Shown here: positions 1 through 8,847 of the stretch, piece after piece
How the letters are laid out: the number at the start of each line of letters is the position of its first letter
How positions within the stretch are numbered: the first letter of the stretch is position 1
Virus record (IMG/VR): IMGVR_UViG_3300043607_000041
Location: 1-48,841 of that record
Length of the DNA stretch: 48,841 bases
Direction: 5' to 3' (one strand)
DNA from: a virus
Lineage: Duplodnaviria; Caudoviricetes
Notes under the pieces: generated by a model
The model's input: only the letters and a program-made list of their open reading frames with translations
Told to the model about the DNA's origin: nothing
The model's database searches: none
Translations under genes and position numbers: made by a program

Positions 1-126
1 CGCACGGCTTCGTCCGCCTCGGGACTAGGTACCGTGCAGGTACCTACTGACCCAGGTCAGTGGACACGCGACGTCTCGGCGTGTTGCCGGCAGGAGTCGC
101 AAACCCCAAATCCTAAGCACAAACCG
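1..126 (+). repeat. Terminal direct repeat (left copy), probably assembly circularisation overlap
   Basis: 1-126 (CGCACGGCTT...CACAAACCG) is identical to 48694-48819. Confidence 0.95.
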
Positions 127-303
127 ACCCCCCCCCCCCCCAAGTACAAAGATAAAGTACCCGGGCCGGATCTGGGCATTTCCCGAGTAATCCGGGATAT
201 CGAAGCGCTCCAGCAGCGCCTGGCGGGGCCGGGTTGCGTGGCTGCGCTTTGTCGTTGGCGGCTCCAGGCCAGGGCCCGTCGCCTCGGGGAGGTCCGCTCG
301 TGA
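34..303 (+). CDS. Hypothetical first early protein, possibly starting at TTG 48655 across the circular junction
   Basis: Stop overlaps the next GTG (GTGA 300-303). The frame stays open across the junction to TTG 48655, which has GGAGG upstream. Confidence 0.4.
   Translation: MQVPTDPGQWTRDVSACCRQESQTPNPKHKPTPPPPKYKDKVPGPDLGISRVIRDIEALQQRLAGPGCVAALCRWRLQARARRLGEVRS
128..141 (+). repeat. C14 homopolymer tract
   Basis: 14 consecutive C. Confidence 0.9.
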
Positions 304-512
304 TCACGACGCTGGCATTCCTGGCCGGTCTCGCCTCGGGCTGGGGCCTGAGCCTCCGTGCCCGTTCCGCGGAGCGCGCGCGCTGGGCCATAAAGAATAC
401 CGCGTTGCACGCGGAGAACGTGGCCTTGCGCCGCGTGGCGCTCGAACCAGAGCCAGACGACGCCGTTGCCGATTGCCTACGGACGTGGATGCGTCCGCGG
501 GGTGTCCGATGA
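300..512 (+). CDS. Small hypothetical protein with N-terminal hydrophobic segment
   Basis: GTG 300 (VITTLAFLAGLASGWGL); stop overlaps ATG 509. Confidence 0.65.
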   Translation: MITTLAFLAGLASGWGLSLRARSAERARWAIKNTALHAENVALRRVALEPEPDDAVADCLRTWMRPRGVR

Positions 513-772
513 GCGGCGCCTCTGCCATCGTCATGCTGACGCCCGAGGAGCTGTCAGACATCGTCAAGCGCGCCGTCTCTGAGGCCTTCGCGACTGCGAA
601 TGATGCGCACCCCGCCGCACTGCTAGACCGTAACGGCTTGGCCACGGCTCTCGGCTGCAGCGCGTCACTCGTCGACAAGCTGCGCAAGGAAGGGATGCCG
701 TCGGTAAAGCTCGGCGGGACGCCGCGCTTCGAGCTCGAGGCGTGTCTCACCTGGCTGCGGGAGCGGACATGA
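509..772 (+). CDS. xis: Excisionase-like / MerR-type HTH protein
   Basis: LLDRNGLATALGCSASLVDKLRKEGMPSVKLGGTPRF HTH-wing pattern; ATGA-coupled to the integrase. Confidence 0.75.
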   Translation: MSGASAIVMLTPEELSDIVKRAVSEAFATANDAHPAALLDRNGLATALGCSASLVDKLRKEGMPSVKLGGTPRFELEACLTWLRERT

Positions 773-2445
773 GCACCCGCACGGGTCGCCCAGTGAAGGG
801 CGAGCAGCTGAAGAAGTTGCGCAATGGTTTCTACGGCTGCCGCGTGACGCTGACCATCGACGGCGAGCGCGTGCGCAAGTACGTGATCTTCGAGACCAAG
901 AACGAGACTGTCGCCCGCATCAAGCGCGACCGGCTGATCGCCGACGGCGGGTCATCCTTCGCGAGCGCCAAGCAGGGAGAGCGCTTCGCCGACGCCGCCG
1001 AGCGCGTGAACGCGCTCCGGGTGAAGGACGGCACGGTCCGCGCAGAGGAGGAGCTACAGCGGCTGCATCTCTATGCCATGCCTCTCCTCGGGCCGAAGAG
1101 CGTCACTGCGATTACGTCTGACGACATCTCGGCCGTGCTCGAGGCGGCGAAGGCGACGGGCAAGAGCAGGCAGACCGTGAAGCATCTGCGCAATGCCATC
1201 AAGGCGGTGTTCACTCACCTGGTGCAGGTCGACAAGGCCGTGGCGAAGAACCCCATCGACGGGGCGCCCATGCCCAAGTTCAAGAAGACGATGAAGCGAG
1301 AGACGGTCGTCCTCGAAGACAGTGAGCTCGTGGTCTACCTCTCGCTCGTACACCCCGTGCCGCGCCACCAGCTCGCTGTGTTCCAGCGCCAGACCATGAG
1401 CTGCGTGAGTCGTTGCTTCGGGGGGCTGCGCACCAATGACCTGCACGTGCTCACGTACGAGGACGCGTTCGAGGTTGGAGACGGGGAGTTCCGCCGGGGC
1501 TGGGCTCCGCGCACCAAGGGCAACCAGCCGCAGCGCTTGACGGTTCCCGAGGTGCTTCGGCCCGTGCTCAGGGCGTGGTGGGAGAGCCAGGGCCGACCGG
1601 CGACGGGCCTGCTGTTCCCGTGCCTACGCGGCGAGCGCACGGGCGAGCAGAAGACCAAGGTCAGTCACGCGCACGCGTTCCGCCGGGACCTACGCCGCGC
1701 CTTCGGCATCGAGGTCTGGGATGCGGACACCTTCAGGTGGAGGGTCGCGCGCGAGCTGACCGAGCGGGAGCGCGAGATCTTCGTACCGAGCAAGTACACA
1801 GAGCCCGTAGACTTCCACAGCTGGCGCCGGGCGTTCGCTCAGGCCCTGGCCAACGCCGCCGTGCCGGCGCAGCTCGGAGCCGCATTGAGCGGTCACGCTG
1901 ACCTGGCGACGCACGCCCGCTACCTGCAGAACAGCCGTCAGGCTCGAGCGGTGCCGGCAGCGGCGTTGCCGGCGCTTCCGAGCGGGGCAGGGACTTTTGG
2001 TTCAGGTGTTACCAAAAGTGCTCCGACTCCACTTTTGCGTGATCCGGATTCGGTTCTACTTACCGAGGGTTACGAGCGCGCCCGTGTGGATTCGAACCAC
2101 AGACATCCGGCTCCGGAGGCCGACTCGGAGGCAGGAAAGGACCATTTCTCTCGGGTAAACTCTCAACAGCGTACACCTGAGACAGACGCGAAAAGACGGC
2201 GCAAGACTGGTCATTACCAGAAGTCGTTACCAGAAGTCGCGCCGCCCGTGGAGCCTGCTCCGGGCCTGGATGCGCCGGCGCTCACGGCCCTGCTGGGGCT
2301 CGCGACGAAGGCGCGCGACTGGAGCCTGGTCCGTGCCCTGACCGTGCAGCTCGAGGACGCTGAGCAGCGCCAGGCGGCGCTCTCGCCCAAGGTCACCAGC
2401 CTCGACGCGGCGCGTAGGCGGAAGCGCGAAGAGGGTGGCAAGTGA
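769..2445 (+). CDS. int: Tyrosine integrase with long C-terminal extension spanning attP
   Basis: Catalytic motifs GLRTND (R), HSWRR (HxxR), SGHAD (H) and HARYL (Y); N-terminal arm-binding-like and SAM-like regions. Confidence 0.92.
   Translation: MSTRTGRPVKGEQLKKLRNGFYGCRVTLTIDGERVRKYVIFETKNETVARIKRDRLIADGGSSFASAKQGERFADAAERVNALRVKDGTVRAEEELQRLHLYAMPLLGPKSVTAITSDDISAVLEAAKATGKSRQTVKHLRNAIKAVFTHLVQVDKAVAKNPIDGAPMPKFKKTMKRETVVLEDSELVVYLSLVHPVPRHQLAVFQRQTMSCVSRCFGGLRTNDLHVLTYEDAFEVGDGEFRRGWAPRTKGNQPQRLTVPEVLRPVLRAWWESQGRPATGLLFPCLRGERTGEQKTKVSHAHAFRRDLRRAFGIEVWDADTFRWRVARELTEREREIFVPSKYTEPVDFHSWRRAFAQALANAAVPAQLGAALSGHADLATHARYLQNSRQARAVPAAALPALPSGAGTFGSGVTKSAPTPLLRDPDSVLLTEGYERARVDSNHRHPAPEADSEAGKDHFSRVNSQQRTPETDAKRRRKTGHYQKSLPEVAPPVEPAPGLDAPALTALLGLATKARDWSLVRALTVQLEDAEQRQAALSPKVTSLDAARRRKREEGGK
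1992..2239. promoter_or_regulatory. Putative integrase arm-type sites flanking the core
   Basis: TTACCAGAAGTCG tandem x2 at 2214-2239; TTACCAAAAGTG at 2009-2020; inverted GACTTTTGGT at 1992-2001. Confidence 0.65.
2076..2123 (-). other. attP: attP core: 3' half of tRNA-Arg(CCG)
   Basis: Minus strand reads TCGGC-CTCCGGA-GCCGG (anticodon arm, CCG), ATGTC, TGTGG-TTCGAAT-CCACA (T arm), CGGGCGCG (acceptor 3' strand). No D arm or 5' half. Confidence 0.88.
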
Positions 2446-2792
2446 GCACTGAGAGGGACCCGATCCCGATGCTGCTCTGGTGCCCCGAGTGTGGGGAGCG
2501 GCATATCGACCGCGGCGAGTTCGCGACCAAGGCTCATCACACACACGCCTGCGAGGAGTGCGGCATGGTCTGGCGCCCGGCGATCGTGGCCACGTGCGGC
2601 GTCCAGTTCCTGCCCGGCTTCAAGAACGCTGAGGAGCCAGCTGGTGCCGAGTGCACCGGCGTTGCCGCCTCGTGGTGCCCGGTGTGCGGCGACTGCGCTT
2701 GCCCGCGGCAGACGACAGGGGAACGGGACGGAGAGAGCGCCTCCTGCCCGCTCCATGGCCCGGATTCCACGCACGGGGAAGGCGTTTCGTGA
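2442..2792 (+). CDS. Cys-rich zinc-ribbon hypothetical protein
   Basis: CPEC, CEEC, CPVC and CPLH motifs; GTGA overlap with the int stop. Confidence 0.75.
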   Translation: MSTERDPIPMLLWCPECGERHIDRGEFATKAHHTHACEECGMVWRPAIVATCGVQFLPGFKNAEEPAGAECTGVAASWCPVCGDCACPRQTTGERDGESASCPLHGPDSTHGEGVS

Positions 2793-3304
2793 AGTCCTGG
2801 CGTGTCAACTTCGCGGCCAACGGCTCGATCGCCTCCGTCGTCCCGCTCGAAGGCGAGCAGGGAACGGACTGGGTCATCGTCCAGGCGCCGGACGAGGCGA
2901 CCGCGAAGAGGCGTGCCTACAACATCTACTGCGCCCGGAAGAAGAAGCTGGCCAAGACTCGCCTACACGCCGCGGGCAACTGCTGCTGCGGGCGCAAGCA
3001 GGATCGGAAGCACCCTGACGGCACGCCGATGCTCACCTGCACGGTGTGCGCCGAGCGCCACGCGGCCCAGAGCAAGGCGTGCCTGGAGCGCAAGGCCAAC
3101 CCGCCTGCGGTGCCGCATGTGCGCGACGAGCAGGCGCGGGTGGCTTCGAACCTCGAGCGCCAGCGCGATCGCAGAGCTGAGATTCGTCTCGAAGTGCTCA
3201 TCGAGGTTCGTGACCAGTGGTTCAAGTCCCGCAACGTCGGGCTGTTTTCGAAGTGGCTCGAGCGAGAGCTCCAGTCACTGACCAGCGCGCGCAAGAGCGC
3301 GTGA
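2789..3304 (+). CDS. Hypothetical protein with Cys cluster
   Basis: GTG 2789 coupled to the previous stop; GC3-rich; CCCG...CTVC. Confidence 0.7.
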   Translation: MKSWRVNFAANGSIASVVPLEGEQGTDWVIVQAPDEATAKRRAYNIYCARKKKLAKTRLHAAGNCCCGRKQDRKHPDGTPMLTCTVCAERHAAQSKACLERKANPPAVPHVRDEQARVASNLERQRDRRAEIRLEVLIEVRDQWFKSRNVGLFSKWLERELQSLTSARKSA

Positions 3305-3366
3305 CCGACTGCGCCACCACGACGTGGCGTCAACGAACGACAGAGCAGAGAAGGGCACATGCAATC

Positions 3367-3638
3367 ATGAATGAATCCAAGTCCGTACTCGTCACCACCA
3401 AACACCGCGGAGTATTCTGGGGGCGCTTCGAGTCGGAGCGCAACAATGGCACCACCGTCGTCCTCACCGGGGCGCGGTGCGCCATCAAGTGGGCAACTAG
3501 CAAAGGCTTCTTGGAACTCGCTCTGATCGGGCCGAACAAGTCGAGCAAGATCGGTTCCGCAGCGCCACGCATCACGCTCCACGATGTAACCAGCGTGTCC
3601 GAGTGCAGTGACGCAGCCACGAGTGCGTGGGAGCTGGC

Positions 3639-3642
<4 letters not shown>
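3367..3642 (+). CDS. DUF6948-like small beta-barrel phage protein
   Basis: VLVTTKHRGVFWG...LTGARCAIKW...ELALIGP pattern, adjacent to a Gly-Asp-Tyr repeat gene. Confidence 0.7.
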
Positions 3643-4016
<374 letters not shown>

Positions 4017-4023
4017 CCGACAC

Positions 4024-4053
4024 GGACCCGGCTGCATCGCCTCAGCCGGGTCC
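4024..4053. terminator. Perfect 11-bp stem hairpin (possible terminator or processing site)
   Basis: GGACCCGGCTG-8 nt-CAGCCGGGTCC; no U-tract. Confidence 0.4.
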
Positions 4054-4083
4054 TCAATCCAAGACAGAAGAGGTTACCGCAAC

Positions 4084-5394
4084 GTGTCATTGAGCTTCAC
4101 CAAGCTGTTCTCATCGCTCACCGAGTCCACACTCTGGGTCGAGCAACCACACCACGTGCGCATCGTCTGGATCACCATGCTCGCCATGGCCGATCGCGAC
4201 GGCATGGTCGCCGCGTCCATCCCTGGCTTGGCACGTCGCGCATGCGTGACAGTGAGCGAGACCGAAGAGGCGCTGAAGGTGTTCCTCTCACCGGACAAGT
4301 ACAGCCGCACCCCTGACTTCGAGGGACGCCGCATCCGTGAGGTGATGGGCGGTTGGGAGTTGCTCAACCATGCGAAGTACCGCGCTGCTCAGAGCGAAGA
4401 GCAGGAACGTGAGCGAAAACGCGAGTGGGCGCGCACGAAGAGGTCGTCTGCTGTCCTACCTCTTAGTCTACACGCGACGAAAGTAGACGAGAGTCGACAA
4501 AGTAGCTCTGCATCTGCTTCTGGATCTGAGTCTGTATCTGATCTGGATCCGGATTCGCGCGAAGGTGTGGTTGACCTCATCGGGGCCACCGTGTCCAGGC
4601 TCGGCCCGTTCGACGACGCGAACGAGATGCACGATGGTGTCGTCTCGGCACTCCGTGAAGTCGGCTTCGAGTGCACCAAGGAATACCCCATCGAGACCCC
4701 GGTCGTCTCGGGTCGAATTGATATCCTGGCTACCCGCAGCCAGTGGCGCGTCGGGCTAGAGCTCGACTGGGTAACTCCGCGAGGTAAGTCCCTCATCAAG
4801 CTCCTGGAAAGCGACTTCATTCGCATCGTGGTGCTTCGAGACGCAGTCAAGGAACTGCCAACGATTCCGGGGATCGACAGGGTATTCGGGGTGATCTCAT
4901 CGCGTCATGTCAGCGAACCGTACGAGCCGCTCGACGGCGTGACCCTGGTGAACCTCCGCAAGGGTCGCTTGGCCCCGGCGGAGCTCCAACCGACCGAGGC
5001 GCAACGCGTGCGCTGCCAGGAGCTGCGCTTCGACGCCGACGAGCTGATGCGGGACTTCAAGCTCCAGGAGTTCAACCGGGACTACACCGACTGGGAGCGG
5101 CGCTACTCGAAGTGGATCGAGGACCAGAAGGTCCGGCGGGAGACCGAGGCTGCCAAGGCGAAGGCCTCGCCGTCGAGCCAGGTGACACGGAGCCGCGGCT
5201 TCGGGCAGGGGGTGACACCTCCGCTCGTGGCGAGCGCCAAACACGTCGCCTTCGCCAAGCGCTACGGGATTGAACTTGACCCGATTGTGAACGGTCTGGT
5301 CCTCGAGGGGGTGGTCGATAGCCTGGGCCTGGGGCGCGCCAAGGAACTCATCGGCGAGCGGCTGTCAGCGGCAGCTCGGAAGGCGGCATCGTGA
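4084..5394 (+). CDS. Replication initiator-like protein (N-terminal wHTH) with internal PD-(D/E)XK-like domain
   Basis: FTKLFSSLTESTLW...WITMLAMADRDG...GWELLNHAKYR replisome-organiser-like N-terminus; Ser-rich linker; EYPI...RIDIL...GLELD. Confidence 0.7.
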   Translation: MSLSFTKLFSSLTESTLWVEQPHHVRIVWITMLAMADRDGMVAASIPGLARRACVTVSETEEALKVFLSPDKYSRTPDFEGRRIREVMGGWELLNHAKYRAAQSEEQERERKREWARTKRSSAVLPLSLHATKVDESRQSSSASASGSESVSDLDPDSREGVVDLIGATVSRLGPFDDANEMHDGVVSALREVGFECTKEYPIETPVVSGRIDILATRSQWRVGLELDWVTPRGKSLIKLLESDFIRIVVLRDAVKELPTIPGIDRVFGVISSRHVSEPYEPLDGVTLVNLRKGRLAPAELQPTEAQRVRCQELRFDADELMRDFKLQEFNRDYTDWERRYSKWIEDQKVRRETEAAKAKASPSSQVTRSRGFGQGVTPPLVASAKHVAFAKRYGIELDPIVNGLVLEGVVDSLGLGRAKELIGERLSAAARKAAS

Positions 5395-5954
5395 TCGAAG
5401 CATACCCGCTCCGCTGGCCCGAAGGCTGGCCGCGCACCAAGTGGCCGCGGCGGTCCCGCTACGACCTGAGCTTTGCCCGAGCGCGCGACGAGATCGTGCG
5501 CCAGGTGCGGCTCGCCAAGGGCCGAGAGACGATCATCACGACGAACGTTCCGCTGCGTCGCGACGGGCTGCCGCTCGCCAACATGAGCGAGCCGAAGGAC
5601 TCTGGCGTCGCCGTCTACTGGGACGACAAGGATCGCAAGCCCCGCGTCATTGCCATCGACGCCTGGGCGACCGTGCGAGAGAACATGCGCGCGGTGGCGA
5701 TGGCCGTCGAGAGCCTGCGCGCCTTCGACCGGACTGGCGCCAAGGCGGTCATCGACCGAGTCTATGACGGCTTCGCTCGCCTGCCAGAGCAGACGGCTGA
5801 CTGCTGGAGCATCCTCGGCCTGCAGCGCGGGGCAACGCGCGATGCCATCTCCGAGCGCTACCGCGCGCTCGCTCGAGAGCACCACCCGGACCGCGGCGGC
5901 AACGCCGAAACCATGGCTCGCATCAACGCGGCCTACCACGAGGCGACGCGATGA
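5391..5954 (+). CDS. J-domain (DnaJ-like) protein
   Basis: C-terminal WSILGL...YRALAREHHPDRGG...INAAY with HPD motif. Confidence 0.88.
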   Translation: MIEAYPLRWPEGWPRTKWPRRSRYDLSFARARDEIVRQVRLAKGRETIITTNVPLRRDGLPLANMSEPKDSGVAVYWDDKDRKPRVIAIDAWATVRENMRAVAMAVESLRAFDRTGAKAVIDRVYDGFARLPEQTADCWSILGLQRGATRDAISERYRALAREHHPDRGGNAETMARINAAYHEATR

Positions 5955-6505
5955 GCGTCGGTGAAGTAGACGAGTGCTACAAGGCCTACCGTGAGACGCG
6001 CCGCGTCGCGCGCAAGGCTCACGAGTGCAGCGCGTGCGGACGCCCGATCGCGCCCGGTGACTTGTACTACGACATAGCCGCGATCCTGGATGGGGTGCGC
6101 GCTTACAACCGGTGCCCGCCCTGCCAGGCCATCCACGAGCATCTGCGTGACGCTCTGCCCAATGGCGAGTGGCCGGCGGAGCAGCTCGATTGTGGGCATG
6201 AGTACGAGGAGCTGCACGGCAAGCCCGCTCCGGCCTGGCTGCAGGCCCTGGCCTTCTGGTTGCCGGGCGATCCGCTGCCCTGCCTAGACCTGTGCGACGC
6301 GCTTCTGGCGCACGACGTCACGGGACGCCTTCGCCTGAATTGCTATGCCAACGGATACCCGCAACGGCCATGGCCCAATGAAGGTTGGGGGCGAGAGTCA
6401 AAGCAGATGGGAGTCTGCATGGAGCCTCGCTACGACAGAGCCTTCCGTCGTTATGACACGCGCCCGCTGCCCGGCATGCAGCTCTGCGAGCAGGTGGCGT
6501 CGTGA
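5951..6505 (+). CDS. Cys-rich hypothetical protein
   Basis: ARKAHECSAC...CPPC; coupled on both sides. Confidence 0.7.
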   Translation: MSVGEVDECYKAYRETRRVARKAHECSACGRPIAPGDLYYDIAAILDGVRAYNRCPPCQAIHEHLRDALPNGEWPAEQLDCGHEYEELHGKPAPAWLQALAFWLPGDPLPCLDLCDALLAHDVTGRLRLNCYANGYPQRPWPNEGWGRESKQMGVCMEPRYDRAFRRYDTRPLPGMQLCEQVAS

Positions 6506-7008
6506 GCGACGGAATCTCCATGGCCACGTTCAGCCCGTGCCGGCGCTACCGATACACGCTCACCCGCATGTGGGACGCGACCAAGCCCACCGTGGTGTTC
6601 TGCGGTCTCAACCCGAGCACCGCTGACGAGACCCAGGACGACCCGACCATCCGCCGCGAGCTCGGCTACGCCAAGGCCTGGGGCTACGGGAAGCTCGTCA
6701 AGGTCAACGCCTACGGCTTCCGCAGCACCGACCCGAAGGGTCTGTGGACGGTCGACGATCCGCGCGGACCCGACAACTTCGCATGGATCAAAATGCGCGC
6801 GTTCGAGCTTGGGCGAGAGGGAGGCCTGTTCGTCGCCGGCTGGGGCAACAACATCCGTGAACGGGATGCCTTCGAGCTGCGCCGGATGCTGCGCTTCGAG
6901 GGCGTCAAGGTCCACGCACTGAAGCTCACCAAGCAGGGCAACCCGAGTCACCCGCTCTACCTGCGCGCTGACCTGAAGCCATTCGTGTGGCTGGGAGGAG
7001 CGTCGTGA
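6502..7008 (+). CDS. DUF1643 family protein
   Basis: YRYTLTRMW...GLNPSTADETQDDPTIRR...AGWG...HPLY. Confidence 0.88.
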   Translation: MSDGISMATFSPCRRYRYTLTRMWDATKPTVVFCGLNPSTADETQDDPTIRRELGYAKAWGYGKLVKVNAYGFRSTDPKGLWTVDDPRGPDNFAWIKMRAFELGREGGLFVAGWGNNIRERDAFELRRMLRFEGVKVHALKLTKQGNPSHPLYLRADLKPFVWLGGAS

Positions 7009-7280
7009 ACGAGCCCATCGAAGCCGAAGCCATGCCCTACGTGTGCCCGAGCTGCGGCGGCATCGGCGGCTGTGAGCCCAGGTGCCTGGCATCGGCCATC
7101 GTCCTTGACGCTTACGACTCGGCCCCGTTCGTCTGCCCGGGTTGCTACGCGGTGGGTGAGGAGCAGTGCGCTGGCTACTGCCCGGACGCTGCGATTGAGA
7201 GGGAGCGAGAGGAAAGCCTAGAGCGCGACTGGGAGCCGCTGGACCTGAACGACGCCGAGGACTGGGAGTACGTGCCATGA
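7005..7280 (+). CDS. Cys-rich acidic hypothetical protein
   Basis: GTG 7005 coupled; two CPxC repeats. Confidence 0.65.
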   Translation: MNEPIEAEAMPYVCPSCGGIGGCEPRCLASAIVLDAYDSAPFVCPGCYAVGEEQCAGYCPDAAIEREREESLERDWEPLDLNDAEDWEYVP

Positions 7281-7753
7281 GAGCGCTATCGCTGACGCAG
7301 CCGTGGGCCTGGATGGTCGTGCGTCCGGATATTGTTGATCCCGTCCAGCGCTCGGCGCTCTGGGCCACCGACGAGATCAAGGGCGTAGAGAACAGGCGCT
7401 GGAACACCAAGCTACGTGGGGCGTTCATGATCCACGCAGCAAAGGGAATGAAGGCGTCGGACTACGACGACGCCTGTCTGTTCGCGCTGCAGGTGGGAGG
7501 GCTCGCTCTATCGAATCTCATCCCTGCCCCAAAGGACCTCGAGCGCGGCGGCATCATTGGCGCAGCCAACCTGTACACGGTCATCCACCCCCTCCTGCCG
7601 ATGCAGATGGAGAGCCGCCTGCCCTGGCACATGGCCGAGCAATACGGCTTTGTGCTCGGCGACACGCGCCCCCTCCCGTTCCTACCCTGCAAGGGCTCGC
7701 TGGGCTTCTGGGGTGACTTCGAGATCCGAGACGGCAAGGCGGTGCAGCTGTGA
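7277..7753 (+). CDS. ASCH domain protein
   Basis: ALSLTQPWA...KGVENRRW...IHA...GGIIG...KGSLGFW. Confidence 0.85.
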   Translation: MRALSLTQPWAWMVVRPDIVDPVQRSALWATDEIKGVENRRWNTKLRGAFMIHAAKGMKASDYDDACLFALQVGGLALSNLIPAPKDLERGGIIGAANLYTVIHPLLPMQMESRLPWHMAEQYGFVLGDTRPLPFLPCKGSLGFWGDFEIRDGKAVQL

Positions 7754-7965
7754 GCGAGCCCAAGACGCTAGGCACCGAGTTGCCGCTAGAGATGGCCCGC
7801 GTGCGTGACAAGATCATGCCGGCCTACATCGAGATCGGCGTGGCGGGGGCGCCTGCGCTGATGCTGATGCGACACTCGCTCGACCTTGCCGCGAAGGCCA
7901 TGGCCGAGGGTGACTTGGTTGCGATGATCCGGGCCTACCAGGATCTGAAGGGATACGAGTTGTGA
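7750..7965 (+). CDS. Hypothetical protein
   Basis: Coupled ORF, GC3-rich. Confidence 0.7.
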   Translation: MSEPKTLGTELPLEMARVRDKIMPAYIEIGVAGAPALMLMRHSLDLAAKAMAEGDLVAMIRAYQDLKGYEL

Positions 7966-8150
7966 GCGAGCCAACGCCCGTCGCCGAAGCCCTCGGCCCG
8001 ATCGAAGCCACCGCCCTGTCGCTCGCGCGCAGGTGGAACCTGGTCCGGGCGGATGGCACCATCAAGTGCGCGAAGTGCGACTATCGAACGGGCACTCTGC
8101 CGAGCCTCTGCTGCGAGGCGTGCCTGGCACACAAGCGGGGTGAGCGGTGA
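7962..8150 (+). CDS. Small Zn-finger hypothetical protein
   Basis: CAKC...CEAC; coupled. Confidence 0.65.
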   Translation: MSEPTPVAEALGPIEATALSLARRWNLVRADGTIKCAKCDYRTGTLPSLCCEACLAHKRGER

Positions 8151-8458
8151 ACGCGCCCGTCTGCTGGAACGGCCAGTGCTTCGTGCACACTCACAGTGAC
8201 GGTGAGTGCGACCACTACCAATACGACTCGGGCGTCTGTGCAGCTTATCTGAAGCACGGCCGGTCCCAAGACATATGGCTGGCCTCTCTGCGTGACGCGA
8301 AGGGCGTGGCGACACGCACGGACGATGAGCCTGCGTGGAATGTCGACGAGATGGCCATCGCCAGGCGCGCTCTCGACGAGGCGCTGGCGTCCCTTCGGGC
8401 GCGGGTGGCGGGCGATCTGAAGTGGCTGGCGATCATCGACAAGGAGATCGGCGAGTGA
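8147..8458 (+). CDS. Hypothetical protein
   Basis: Coupled ORF. Confidence 0.65.
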   Translation: MNAPVCWNGQCFVHTHSDGECDHYQYDSGVCAAYLKHGRSQDIWLASLRDAKGVATRTDDEPAWNVDEMAIARRALDEALASLRARVAGDLKWLAIIDKEIGE

Positions 8459-8847
8459 TCACGACGTTCAGGCTTGACGCTTACAACGAGCCGTCGCGAC
8501 CCTGTGTTTGGTGCGGCTTGCCCTGCTGGAGCAGCTGGCAGGAGTGCAACGCCCACGCTCGGGGTAACCCTTGGCACAGCGTCAGCTGGTGGAGGATGGT
8601 TGCGCGCCTGAGGATGCACGACCGCTGGCGCGTCCAGTACCTGCGGCGCCACCCGGAGCACGACTGCATGGCGCTGCGCGCAACGACGCGCGCGAGCCGA
8701 CTGCGCTGGCACTGGGGCGGGCGGCACGGCATCGGGTACGAGCCTGACTTCGGCCGACTCTGGAACCTCTACCCGGTAAAGAATCCACACGCTCCGAAGT
8801 ACGAGTGCAGAGGCGGCGTCTGGTATCGGCAGGGGGCAGCTCAGTGA
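8455..8847 (+). CDS. Trp/Cys-rich hypothetical protein
   Basis: GTG 8455 with AGGAG upstream; coupled on both sides. Confidence 0.6.
   Translation: MITTFRLDAYNEPSRPCVWCGLPCWSSWQECNAHARGNPWHSVSWWRMVARLRMHDRWRVQYLRRHPEHDCMALRATTRASRLRWHWGGRHGIGYEPDFGRLWNLYPVKNPHAPKYECRGGVWYRQGAAQ

Noticed and set aside
2076-2123. Functional tRNA-Arg gene
   Set aside because: Only the 3' half is present (no D arm or 5' acceptor strand), so it is better explained as the attP core.
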